From Nitrospirales bacterium (lineage in GTDB: Bacteria > Nitrospirota > Nitrospiria > Nitrospirales > UBA8639), in NCBI GenBank assembly GCA_965223295.1, contig CBDCWC010000003.1:1120001-1184000 (forward strand): 64,000 bases of DNA. The letters are read 5' to 3'. Below the pieces are notes generated by a model. That model had not been told where the DNA came from. It did no database searches and worked only from the letters and a program-made list of their open reading frames with translations. Positions within the stretch are counted from its first letter, which is position 1. Every line of letters begins with the position of its first letter. Position numbers and translations under genes: made by a program. Below are positions 51,095 through 61,127 of the stretch, piece by piece.

Positions 51095-51316
51095 GGTTGG
51101 GGCCTCCTCACTAACTCAAGAATGGTTTCAGAAAACTTTATTCAGTCAATGCGTTCTTACAATTCCTCTTATGAGGAATAGGATAGATTAGAAGAATCTC
51201 TTCATTCGTAAGATTCTTTAGCCAAGAAATAGCCAACTGGTTTTCCGGCTCGTATTGAGCCTTTCCTCTGAGGTACGAGAACACAAATTGCGAAGGAAGT
51301 TCCTTTGTTCAGATCT

Positions 51317-53029
51317 TTATTGAAGGACCACCGAATTGCCAGTGCCATTGACGACAATCAGAGCGGCATCGGGCGAGACATCAATTCCTTGTGTGGGTTG
51401 AAAGTTTGGGGCAATCGAAATTGTATTGCCAGATGGCGCGGAGACAAAACCATTCGTACAGCCTCCCCCGGCGCAAAGTGTATTATTGATAGCAGCAGTG
51501 CTGGAGCCATCTCCGAATAAGAGTGAGCCTCCTGTTAAGCCAAAGTTTGATCCTCCGGAAAGGGCCACCAGACTATCGGCTCCTAACTGACTGCCATTTG
51601 AGAGTGACACCAAATTGCCGTTGACCGCCAAGGTCCCTCCACCGGTGACATCGAAGAGAGACCCTGATGAGAACAAACTGCTTCCATTTAATTCCACAAG
51701 CGCCAATGCATCAGCAGGCAAACTCGCCACCAGTTGGCTCCCTGTAATCTGCACAGCATCTCCGGTCGTGGTAATTTGACTGGCCATAGGACTCGTACTG
51801 TTTGTGGAAACAGCTGCAATCAAAGGGGCGCTGGCCTCCAAAAGAGAGGCGTCAATGATTTCCACGGCAGATTGGGTTGCCGTCTGAGAATTTTGTATGG
51901 AGATCACAGGATCTGTTGACGTACCACGGAGCAGCCCTCCAGAAGACACCGAGACCAAAGAATGAATATCATCGGATCCACCTATGCCAATGTCAGTGTT
52001 TGTCAGAACTAAAGTACTGGTATTACTTTCAACTTGTTGACCCCGCGTTTCCACAACGTTCTCGTTTGAAATACTGGAGGATATGTCGCTTTCGGTAGTT
52101 GAGATAATAATGCCGGTCCAACCAGGGGCCGAGGGAGCGGAATCTATTCCGGCATCCGGCGTAAAGAGGGCTGCGACAAGCCCATTGGCCTGTGTGGAAT
52201 GCTGTTGCGCGATATACTGCCGAAGTTCTTTGGGGTTTGTTGTATGTTGCGGGGTTTGTTGCAAATCTTGGTTCTGGCAAGATGGGGCCGATACTTTTGA
52301 CTGTGGACCTATTTTCCCGTCTGTCACCTCAACACGATATCGTTCGTACACCGTCAACGGTGAAAATCCACCAAATTGAGATTCGATGATCACACGGCCA
52401 TGTAGGACCTCGATCGTTTCAACTCTTTTCCTCGCCGCAACATCCCTGTTCGCTTGTGAAAATATCCCTTGGTTGTGTCGGGCAAATTCTGTAAGGATGC
52501 GTTGAGGCTGTCGTTCGGTAGCAGCTTGTTCAGATGACAGATTCCTGACATTCGCTCGAAACATAGCTCCAGGTTTTGGACGGACAATCATGGTCGGAGT
52601 CTTAACAGGCACAGCTTCGGCCCTATTGCCACTCCGCCTTTTCGTAGACACACAGGTCTCCCCGCGCACCAACTGAATCACGTTGGGGAAATGCGGTGTT
52701 TGTTCGAGGGCCACTTCTGAATGCTCATTCATGCTGACCAAGGTCTCATCACCCACCAGCATACTCAGGATTGAATTCTGCCTCGTTTCTAGGCGATCAC
52801 CGTAAACCAAAGTCTCCTGTAGAGTGACTTCTTTAGACTGAGGCTGCCTGCTCAATGCAGAAGAATGGAGGCGAGCCTCCCCATTCATGTTTGACACAAT
52901 GCCCACAAATGATTGTGGGGCAAGGACTTGAGCATGCACAGGGATTCGTCCAGGAACAATGAGGAACAACCCAACTAATACCATTCCTGTCACGAGTTCT
53001 TGGCAAGCATTCTGGGTTTGAATTCTCAT
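51317..53029 (-). CDS. FecR-domain exported protein with Ser/Gly/Thr-rich beta-solenoid-like C-terminus
   Basis: Signal ending PVHA; VG.V....GEA, L..GDRLET...S....L..D...V.M...SEV, V.TP, IEVLHGRV. Confidence 0.78.
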   Translation of the reverse strand: MRIQTQNACQELVTGMVLVGLFLIVPGRIPVHAQVLAPQSFVGIVSNMNGEARLHSSALSRQPQSKEVTLQETLVYGDRLETRQNSILSMLVGDETLVSMNEHSEVALEQTPHFPNVIQLVRGETCVSTKRRSGNRAEAVPVKTPTMIVRPKPGAMFRANVRNLSSEQAATERQPQRILTEFARHNQGIFSQANRDVAARKRVETIEVLHGRVIIESQFGGFSPLTVYERYRVEVTDGKIGPQSKVSAPSCQNQDLQQTPQHTTNPKELRQYIAQQHSTQANGLVAALFTPDAGIDSAPSAPGWTGIIISTTESDISSSISNENVVETRGQQVESNTSTLVLTNTDIGIGGSDDIHSLVSVSSGGLLRGTSTDPVISIQNSQTATQSAVEIIDASLLEASAPLIAAVSTNSTSPMASQITTTGDAVQITGSQLVASLPADALALVELNGSSLFSSGSLFDVTGGGTLAVNGNLVSLSNGSQLGADSLVALSGGSNFGLTGGSLLFGDGSSTAAINNTLCAGGGCTNGFVSAPSGNTISIAPNFQPTQGIDVSPDAALIVVNGTGNSVVLQ

Positions 53030-53520
53030 TGAAGCCGACCTTCCTGTTAGTTGAGTGTTGAGATACAGTGGTTGACCGTATTCAGCTACATGGGAAAACA
53101 AGGCTGAACCAGAAAGAATTGTCTTGAATCATTCCATTAGTTTGGCATTCAGTCAAGAAAAAAATTCGGAATCAAAAAATAACGAGTTAGAGAGCGCTTA
53201 CATATCGAATCAGAAAAACAAGTATGCTATGGTATCGGCCTTAAGCTCCAAGCATATTCCTTGAAAATTAATAGAACACCTATATATTTCACATTCAAGT
53301 TTACTGAAATATTTACGTGTTGCCCATCCAACAAACTGACGAGAGAGATACACGCCTGGCCAAATCGAGTCTACTTTCAATCTCTCACAATTGAAAACTT
53401 CGATTGGATAGAAAAGAAAAAGTCACAGGCCGCATGCTGACATATTGGGCCTATTGAATAATGATGATATCAACGGTCAAATTTCGTCTCTGTGACGTCA
53501 CATGTATGTCAGAGGCCTCG

Positions 53521-53641
53521 GGGCTGTTCAAAAAAGTCCGTTCAGCAAGGCTGCAGTCATTTTTGCGCGCGGAGCGCATTGGTATGACGTGAGCACGGGA
53601 AAAAGGCGAGAACACCGCTGGCGGCTTTTTTCAACAGACCC
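53521..53641 (-). repeat. Family-1 MITE/REP-like repeat, reverse orientation
   Basis: Reverse complement begins GGGTCTGTTGAAAAAAGCCGCCAGCGGTGTTCTCGCC. Confidence 0.85.
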
Positions 53642-53725
53642 ATATTGGACCTACAACAATTCCTGTGTCAGTACTATGCACACCGTTCAATTAATCCCTT
53701 TTTATCAGGAGAGGACGCACGCCTT

Positions 53726-55387
53726 ATGTCTCACCGAAGAAGACAGACACGGCTTGGCTATAGCTGTGCCATCTTTTTAATCTCCCTGTTTTTTCTTACG
53801 CTTGCTTTGTTCACTTCCGTCCAAGCTGGGCCGCCGGACGCGGAAGTGCTTCTTGCTCAGGGCACATTAGCCTATGACCAACAGCAGTACGACAAAGCCT
53901 TGGCACTTCTGTTAGAAGCCAAGAAACAAGATCCAAAAAATTCCCGTGTGTACTATTACTTGGGGTTGGTTCACCTCGCTCGGCAAGAGCCTGGAAAAGC
54001 TGTGCCCTATCTAGAGCAGGGGATACAACTTCGGCCATCCGATGTCCACTCCCGCTATCAACTTGGGGCCGCTCACTTTGCTCTGCGTGATTACGACAAA
54101 GCGGCGCCACTGTTGTTTGAGGTACATAAAAAGCAACCGGAATTGGATAGTCTTGGCTTCTATGTGGGGTATTTACGATATCGCAAAAAAGATTATCAGG
54201 GAGCGCTCACAGCCTTCGAAGGTGTGCAAACAGAAGATCCAGAAACCCGGCAACTTGCTCGATTTTACCGAGGGATGACACTCGGCATCCTTGGCTTACC
54301 GCAGCAGGCCATTCAAGAACTGGAACAAGTTCAGCAGAATCGGGCCGTCTCACCCCTCACCTCTGCGGCCATTCGTATTAGGGATAATTTGGCCGCACAA
54401 AGAGTCGTTGATGAAAAGAACCCATTGAGGCTTCAACTCAGCGTTGGAGGATTTTACGACGATAATGTGAGAATCAATCCTGATCCGGTTGGGACGATTC
54501 CCAGCCCCAATCAGAATCAGCTTATTGACGATCTTCGTTCCCGCTCCACTCCCTCACCAGGATTCTTGACCTCACTCCTTGCAGAATACTCGTTTTTCCG
54601 TCAAGGCCCATGGGAGGGGATTGCTACCGGCTCGTTTTTCCAGACCGTTAATACAAACGACGGATTAAGTGAATTAAATATCCGTGAATTTTTAGGAGGG
54701 CTGGGAGGGTATTATCGAGGAGAGGTATGGCAAGTCCCCTATCAACTTGGCTTGCACTACAGTTTTTCCTATGTCTTCTTGGAGGACGATCCGTTCCTCA
54801 TGCGAAACCGGCCCACGCTGACTGGAGCGATTGTGGGTCCCTCGTTTACATTGCCCTATATCGGAAATGTCGGCAACCTCACAACTGTGCTGTATCGTTT
54901 CGAATACAAGACCTTTTTCGGGGAAATCGGAGATCATAACTCAAATTTCCGGAGAGAAATCCGAGATGGGCACAACAATATGATCGGCTTTCTTCATGCG
55001 TTTCGTTTCCTGCAGGATACCGCTCTACTGCGAATTGGGTACCAATACGATAATGAAAACACAGATGGAGCTGCGTTCGGGTACACTGGAAATCGGTTTT
55101 TGACTGGGGGGCAGGTCATCCTTCCATGGGGAAGCGTGAAGTTGAACTATGAGTATGACATCCATTGGCGAGCCTACAAGCGCCCTCAAAGTCTCTTTAC
55201 AGATCGAGATGGCTCCTTCGCTCAACGAAACGATATTCAGCAAACTCATGTCGTGCAAATTGTGAAGCCACTTCCCTATAGTCTCTCGGTTATGGCTCAG
55301 TATCAGGGAATCCGCAACTCTTCAAGAATCCCGCTCTATGACTACAAGAAAAATGTGTTTTCTCTCATCGTGACATGGACATATTAG
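53726..55387 (+). CDS. TPR-containing outer-membrane beta-barrel protein (SlaM/DUF560-like architecture)
   Basis: SD AGGAGAGG, signal ending SVQA, several TPRs, G.FYDDNV barrel start, C-terminal ...NSS.IPLYDYKKNVFSLIVTWTY beta-signal. Confidence 0.8.
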   Translation: MSHRRRQTRLGYSCAIFLISLFFLTLALFTSVQAGPPDAEVLLAQGTLAYDQQQYDKALALLLEAKKQDPKNSRVYYYLGLVHLARQEPGKAVPYLEQGIQLRPSDVHSRYQLGAAHFALRDYDKAAPLLFEVHKKQPELDSLGFYVGYLRYRKKDYQGALTAFEGVQTEDPETRQLARFYRGMTLGILGLPQQAIQELEQVQQNRAVSPLTSAAIRIRDNLAAQRVVDEKNPLRLQLSVGGFYDDNVRINPDPVGTIPSPNQNQLIDDLRSRSTPSPGFLTSLLAEYSFFRQGPWEGIATGSFFQTVNTNDGLSELNIREFLGGLGGYYRGEVWQVPYQLGLHYSFSYVFLEDDPFLMRNRPTLTGAIVGPSFTLPYIGNVGNLTTVLYRFEYKTFFGEIGDHNSNFRREIRDGHNNMIGFLHAFRFLQDTALLRIGYQYDNENTDGAAFGYTGNRFLTGGQVILPWGSVKLNYEYDIHWRAYKRPQSLFTDRDGSFAQRNDIQQTHVVQIVKPLPYSLSVMAQYQGIRNSSRIPLYDYKKNVFSLIVTWTY

Positions 55388-55464
55388 GAAATCTGGCACA
55401 TGACGTAGACAGGATGAAAAGGCCCTCTTCTATTACTCCTTTAGAAGGTGTGAGAACACTATGG

Positions 55465-56133
55465 TTAATTTCTCTTCGGACGCCCACGCGGGCGGAGGGT
55501 ACTTTCGAGATTCAGTCTGCGGGATATTCGTTGCACCCAAATCTCTTTGCCAAACGGTCGTCCGCGTTGGACGCACCGACGAACAGGCTCTAATTCATCG
55601 TCCGCTTGCGGATTGTTGACCCATTTCACCCACTGGCGTGGACGCTTAACTGGCCACTCGCTCAACCATTGGCTATGTTTAGGGCCTTGAAGACGGCGCC
55701 ATAAACTTGACCAATGCCAGTCTTCAGCAGATTTCACTAATTTGGCACGCAAGGCATTGCCTTCGACATACCGACATACGGTCAGGAAGTGTTCATCCGT
55801 TTGTACGGGAAATGATTTGAAACGACCTTGATACAGATGTCCGCTCCCTACTGAGTGATGTTGCGCATGCCAGCGTTGGGTGTGTGTCAGCGTGAGCCAG
55901 GCCATAAATCGAGATAACTCTCCATCTTGACGCGGCCATAGCACCAAATGCCAGTGGTTTGGCATGACACAATAGGATAAAATCCGCACGGGTGCATATT
56001 CCCGTGCTTCAAGCAGGACGCTTTCCCAAAGTTGATAATCTTGTGGTGACTCAAACATGACTTGCCGGCCATTGGCTCGATTGAGGACATGGTAGATAAT
56101 ACCACCGGCGGCTGCACGTAATGGTCGTCCCAT
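55465..56133 (-). mobile_element. REP-associated tyrosine transposase (RAYT, IS200/Y1 HUH family)
   Basis: YHVLNRAN, YCVMPNHWHL (HUH), GHLYQGRFKS, RYVEGN (catalytic Tyr), W.WSS. Confidence 0.93.
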
Positions 56134-56139
56134 GATAAA

Positions 56140-56168
56140 ATCTTAACCTTATGGTTTGTAAGGGTCAA
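56140..56168 (-). promoter_or_regulatory. Sigma70-like promoter, probably giving a leaderless transposase mRNA
   Basis: TTGACC-17 nt-TAAGAT-6 nt-ATG. Confidence 0.55.
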
Positions 56169-56214
56169 TAGAAAGGTACCTGACACCATTTTTAAAATTT
56201 ATACGAGAGCAGAA

Positions 56215-56673
56215 TTGGCGCAAAAGACTGCGGCACATCAGGAGGCCGGGGAGCGTATTGTGTTTACCAATGGCTGTTTTGATTTGCTTCATATTGGTCA
56301 TACGCGGTATTTAGAAGAAGCCAAACACCTTGGAGATCGTCTGGTGGTCGGCCTCAATAGTGATGATTCCGTCAGACAGTTATCTAAAGGTCCAGTTCGC
56401 CCAATCGTGACAGCTGCCCAACGCGCGGAAGTGCTTGCCGCTTTAGCTTGCGTGGACTACGTGACCATCTTTGACGAGCCAGATCCGTTGAATCTTATTG
56501 AAGCCATCCGGCCTAATATCCTGGTGAAGGGAGGAGATTGGGCACCAGATCACATTGTAGGAAAAGCATTTGTAGAAGCCCAAGGTGGATCGGTACGGAA
56601 TATCCCGCTTATCCCAGATATTTCTACGACAAAAATTGTTGAACACATCCTTGCCCATCACCCTTTGGCGTGA
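56215..56673 (+). CDS. rfaE2: D-glycero-beta-D-manno-heptose 1-phosphate adenylyltransferase
   Basis: VFTNGCFDLLHIGH, LVVGLNSDDSV, KG..RP, LVKGGDW, STT. Confidence 0.93.
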   Translation: MAQKTAAHQEAGERIVFTNGCFDLLHIGHTRYLEEAKHLGDRLVVGLNSDDSVRQLSKGPVRPIVTAAQRAEVLAALACVDYVTIFDEPDPLNLIEAIRPNILVKGGDWAPDHIVGKAFVEAQGGSVRNIPLIPDISTTKIVEHILAHHPLA

Positions 56674-56720
56674 CCTCCCCAGAAGGCCTATCCTAAATCG
56701 TTTCGTTGTATCGTACCCCC

Positions 56721-59700
56721 ATGAAGCTCCCCTTAGTTGTTCAGACTTTTAAGAACCAGTTGTGGGCATTACAGCCCACCATTCCTGAGACGGCAGCTCC
56801 GCCCTGTGTACTCAGCACCCAACCCGGCTGTTTGGCGTTGGCAATGGCGCTGTCGGCTCAATTGGACGTTCACCTGTCTGCAACCGAGCCCCAGACCTGT
56901 CTCATTCTGACTGCCAAGCAGAAAGAAGCTGAACAACTTTACGAGGATATGAAATTTTTCGCTGATTTTCTTGATGTTGACCACTCCGGGCTTGCATTGT
57001 TTCCTCCTTGGTCCACCGTTCCCTACAACCCGGCACTTCCAGCGCATTCCGTCATTTGTCAGCGCGTGCGAGCCTTACATCGCTTGTCTCAGGGCAAAAA
57101 CACTGTGCTCATTAGTTCACTTCCGGCCGTGCTACACAAATTACTTCCACCTTCTGTTTTTTCCGAAGCCTGCTTTGTTCTTCGGGTAGGGGCAACTATT
57201 GAGCGGGGTTGGCTTCTTCGAGCGCTGGTTCGACTAGGCTATTCGCGAGGTTCGCTGGCAGAAGTTCCTGGTGAATTCAGCGTGCGAGGCGGAATTGTGG
57301 ATATATTCTCCACTGCCCATGATCATCCCGTTCGAATCGAATTTCTCGGCGATACAGTCGAATCCATTCGCACATTTGATCCATCCACACAAGAATCTGT
57401 CTCTCAACTTAAGGAAACTTGGATCCTTCCTACGCGAGAATTTATTCCGCCTCTCACCCAACCGGAGGAACTTTCCCCCATTACTCCAAGCCTGGAATGG
57501 GATCTCCCTCACTACTATCCCCAACTCGTGACACTCTGTGACTATGTACAACATCCCTTGACCGTTTGGCTCTCGCAGCCAATAGATTTGAATACGAACG
57601 CTGCTGATTTCTGGAACTTACTCCTGGAAACCTGGGAACAGTTGAAACCTGGCCATGGACACGCCGAACCAGATCAGCTGTATGAATCATGGGATACTGT
57701 CAAACTGTTCATAAGCATGTGTCCCACCATCTTATGGGATAGCCTAGCTCCCGACTCCATCACCATTCCTCATGTGCCGTTACCCTTGAATGCCCAATCA
57801 CCCGCCAGTGTAGGCTTGGGTGTACGAGGGTTGCCGTTTAAAGAAACCCTGACGAAACTCGATCAACTACGTGCAGAAACAGGAATTTTTTTAGTCGCGC
57901 GGAGTGCGGGGCAAGTCGAACGGCTCATTGCTCTGTTACACGACCACGGATTTCCTGCCAATACCTGGCAGCAACCTTTTCCTCAGGAAACCATCGACGG
58001 CCGGCTACCTTTCTATTGCCTGGAGGGTGAGCTATCGGCAGGATTTATTACACATGAGGGCCGGTTGGCCTTTGTGACCGAAGAAGAACTTTTTGGAAAA
58101 GGTATCAGGCATCGCCCCCAGACGAAAACCCCAACCGCCAAATTTTTCTCAACCTTAGATGATCTGAAAGAAGGCGACCTAGTCGTCCACCTTCAACATG
58201 GCATTGGTCGCTACGTGGGCCTGCGGCGTCTGGATGTCCAAGAATGCGTGAGTGATTATGTTTTGTTGCAATTTGGAGGCACCGACACGCTCTACGTACC
58301 CTTGGACCGGCTGAACCAGATTCATCGATATCGGGGAGCCGAACAGCGCTCACCTCGACTGGATCGGCTCGGCGGTACGGCTTGGGGAAAAACGAAAGCC
58401 AAAGTCAAAAAAGGCATAGAAGACATGACCGAAGAATTGGTCGAACTTTATGCCAACCGTGAAGTCGCACGGCGAGCCGCCTATCAGGAAGACACCTTGT
58501 TAGTACATGAATTCGAAGCGGGGTTTGAGTATGAAGAAACCCCAGACCAACAACGTGCCATCGAAGAAATTGGCCGGGATATGGAATCCCCTAAACCAAT
58601 GGACCGTTTGGTCTGTGGCGACGTGGGTTATGGGAAAACCGAAGTGGCCATGCGGGCTGCATTCAAGGCGATTCAAGCCAATCGCCAAGTGGCAGTCTTA
58701 GTCCCCACCACGCTCTTAGCTCAACAACATTATGAAAATTTCTCCATTCGGTTTGCGCCGTTCCCTGTGAAAATTGGAGTTTTATCACGATTCCAATCGA
58801 CGGCAGGAATCAAAGCCACATTAAAAGACTTAGCTGAAGGAGTGATCGATATTGTTGTTGGGACACATCGCGTGGTGCAAAAAGATGTGGTCTTTAAGCA
58901 ATTGGGGTTAGTCATTATCGACGAAGAGCAATGGTTCGGTGTACGTCATAAAGAACGCCTGAAACAACTTCGGACTCAAGTGGATGTCCTCACGCTTTCA
59001 GCCACACCGATTCCTCGAACCTTGCAAATGGCTTTTTCTGGCGTACGAGATTTATCAGTCATTGAAACGGCGCCGCCGGGCCGATTGGCGGTGGAAACTC
59101 AAGTGCTACGCTTCGATCCCGCGGTCGTCCGGGAAGCTATTCGGCGAGAATTGGCACGGGGTGGACAAGTGTACTATGTTCACAATCGCGTGGAAACCAT
59201 GGAGCAAACCGGCGCATGGTTGCAAGAATTGTTGCCTGAAGCACGAGTGCTGATGGCCCATGGGCAAATGCATGAAAAATTGTTGGAACGCGTCATGCTC
59301 CAATTTTTTCACCAAGAAGCGGATGTCTTATTAGCCTCGGCAATTATCCAATCAGGCCTAGATATCCCCAATGCCAATACTATTCTGGTGGACCGGGCTG
59401 ATTTATTTGGCCTTTCACAACTATATCAATTACGAGGCCGGGTGGGACGCGGCGGCCAGCAAGCCTTTGCCTACCTGTTTACTCCCAATGAAGAGACACT
59501 GAGTACGGATGCACAGAAACGGATGATCGCTATCCAGGAGTTTGCAGAATTGGGATCGGGTTTCCGCATTGCGGCCGCTGATTTAGAAATTCGCGGCGCG
59601 GGTAATTTGCTGGGCAAACAACAATCCGGCAATATTGCGGCTGTCGGGCTGGATCTGTACTTACAAATGGTGGAACAAGCCGTTCAACAGCTCAAGGGGC

Positions 59701-60185
59701 ACGAGGTCCAGGAAGAATGGGAACCCACGCTGCAGCTGGATGTCTCGGCCTTTATTCCTGATGATTATGTGGAAGATGCGTCACAACGCTTAGGTCTTTA
59801 TAAGCGCTTGACAGGCAGCGAACGGCTAGGAGATCTGGCCTTGCTATATGGAGAAACCCTCGATCGCTTTGGCACATTGCCCGAACCCATGGAGCGCCTC
59901 TTTGAAGTGATGCAAATCCGTGTTCTGGCGAAGGTTCTTAAATTAGAATATGTTGAACTACGACAAGGCATGGTCAATATTCGGTTTCACGATCAAGCTA
60001 AATTACCAGACCAAGGTCTTCGACGTTTGATGGATGTTTGGAACGACCGGATGGAATTTCTGTCTCCTCGCGCATTCCGTCTCACCACGGATGAACAGGA
60101 ATGGGGAGAAATGTATTCCCAAGTTAATACTGTGTTGCAGGATTTAGTCCAATCTCTAAACAAGACTGAAGTTCAACAGATGTAA
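56721..60185 (+). CDS. mfd: Transcription-repair coupling factor
   Basis: GEFSVRGGIVD, VVH..HGIG.Y, MDRLVCGDVGYGKTEVA, SATPIPRTL, QLRGRVGR, DLEIRGAGNLLG. Confidence 0.97.
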   Translation: MKLPLVVQTFKNQLWALQPTIPETAAPPCVLSTQPGCLALAMALSAQLDVHLSATEPQTCLILTAKQKEAEQLYEDMKFFADFLDVDHSGLALFPPWSTVPYNPALPAHSVICQRVRALHRLSQGKNTVLISSLPAVLHKLLPPSVFSEACFVLRVGATIERGWLLRALVRLGYSRGSLAEVPGEFSVRGGIVDIFSTAHDHPVRIEFLGDTVESIRTFDPSTQESVSQLKETWILPTREFIPPLTQPEELSPITPSLEWDLPHYYPQLVTLCDYVQHPLTVWLSQPIDLNTNAADFWNLLLETWEQLKPGHGHAEPDQLYESWDTVKLFISMCPTILWDSLAPDSITIPHVPLPLNAQSPASVGLGVRGLPFKETLTKLDQLRAETGIFLVARSAGQVERLIALLHDHGFPANTWQQPFPQETIDGRLPFYCLEGELSAGFITHEGRLAFVTEEELFGKGIRHRPQTKTPTAKFFSTLDDLKEGDLVVHLQHGIGRYVGLRRLDVQECVSDYVLLQFGGTDTLYVPLDRLNQIHRYRGAEQRSPRLDRLGGTAWGKTKAKVKKGIEDMTEELVELYANREVARRAAYQEDTLLVHEFEAGFEYEETPDQQRAIEEIGRDMESPKPMDRLVCGDVGYGKTEVAMRAAFKAIQANRQVAVLVPTTLLAQQHYENFSIRFAPFPVKIGVLSRFQSTAGIKATLKDLAEGVIDIVVGTHRVVQKDVVFKQLGLVIIDEEQWFGVRHKERLKQLRTQVDVLTLSATPIPRTLQMAFSGVRDLSVIETAPPGRLAVETQVLRFDPAVVREAIRRELARGGQVYYVHNRVETMEQTGAWLQELLPEARVLMAHGQMHEKLLERVMLQFFHQEADVLLASAIIQSGLDIPNANTILVDRADLFGLSQLYQLRGRVGRGGQQAFAYLFTPNEETLSTDAQKRMIAIQEFAELGSGFRIAAADLEIRGAGNLLGKQQSGNIAAVGLDLYLQMVEQAVQQLKGHEVQEEWEPTLQLDVSAFIPDDYVEDASQRLGLYKRLTGSERLGDLALLYGETLDRFGTLPEPMERLFEVMQIRVLAKVLKLEYVELRQGMVNIRFHDQAKLPDQGLRRLMDVWNDRMEFLSPRAFRLTTDEQEWGEMYSQVNTVLQDLVQSLNKTEVQQM

Positions 60186-60203
60186 TACAGAGGATTTTCC
60201 CAA

Positions 60204-61127
60204 ATGTTTCACCTAAGACTTCATGACAGCTTTTCTCAATATTCGCTGAGCTATCTATGCCGTCTCTTTGCATTGAGCCTTTTACTTCTGCCCTCAACCG
60301 GGCATGGTTTTCACGACCGAATTGTGGCGGTGGTCAACAAAGAAGTGATTACTCAGCACGATCTTCAAAACGGCGTACAGGACGAACTTCGACGACTCAA
60401 AGCCAAGTATACCGGGCATGAATTGGAACGCCGGTACCAGGAGAAACAACGAGAAGTCCTGAATAGACTCATTGATGAACGCCTTCAACTTCAGGAAGCC
60501 AAAGCCAAAGGACTTTCTGTGACGCAAGACGAAATTGACGCGGCTATTCGGCGAACACCTTTGCCTCCAACGCAAACCGAAGAAGAGTTCGGCCAGCAAT
60601 TACTGTTAAAGAAACTGTTTGACTTTGAAGTGCGCCGCAACGTCGTCGTCGAGGAAGGTGAACTTCACCGGTATTACAAAGCGAACCCAACACAGTTCAG
60701 TCAACCGCCACAGTATCGTTTAAAACATATTTTTCTGATGGCTCAGAATGAAGAAGAACGCAGTCGAGCAAAAACCACGGCTCAAACCATCTATTCCAAT
60801 TGGAATCCTGAAACACCTCTAGAAGAGCTTGCCGCACAACATGGGCAAGTGGTCACTGAATTAGGTTGGGTTGAAGAAAAGGATTTAGTCGTCCCGCTGG
60901 CGCAGGATTTAAAAGATCTACCAGTTGGGACCATGTCGAAACCCATTGAAACCCAGCTTGGCATTCACTTGCTAACCGTGGAAGAGATCAAGGAACCTCA
61001 ACCTTACCCCTTTGAACAAATGGAACAGGAGATTCGCGCCCAATTGGTGAAAGAACGACGGGAAGAAGCCTATCGTAAATGGCTCGAAGATCTGAAAGCA
61101 AAAGCCTACATAGAGATAAAATTTTAA
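60204..61127 (+). CDS. SurA-like PpiC peptidyl-prolyl isomerase
   Basis: DRIVAVVNKEVIT, LG.V, S.PIET..G.HL..V, KAYIEIK; follows mfd. Confidence 0.88.
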   Translation: MFHLRLHDSFSQYSLSYLCRLFALSLLLLPSTGHGFHDRIVAVVNKEVITQHDLQNGVQDELRRLKAKYTGHELERRYQEKQREVLNRLIDERLQLQEAKAKGLSVTQDEIDAAIRRTPLPPTQTEEEFGQQLLLKKLFDFEVRRNVVVEEGELHRYYKANPTQFSQPPQYRLKHIFLMAQNEEERSRAKTTAQTIYSNWNPETPLEELAAQHGQVVTELGWVEEKDLVVPLAQDLKDLPVGTMSKPIETQLGIHLLTVEEIKEPQPYPFEQMEQEIRAQLVKERREEAYRKWLEDLKAKAYIEIKF

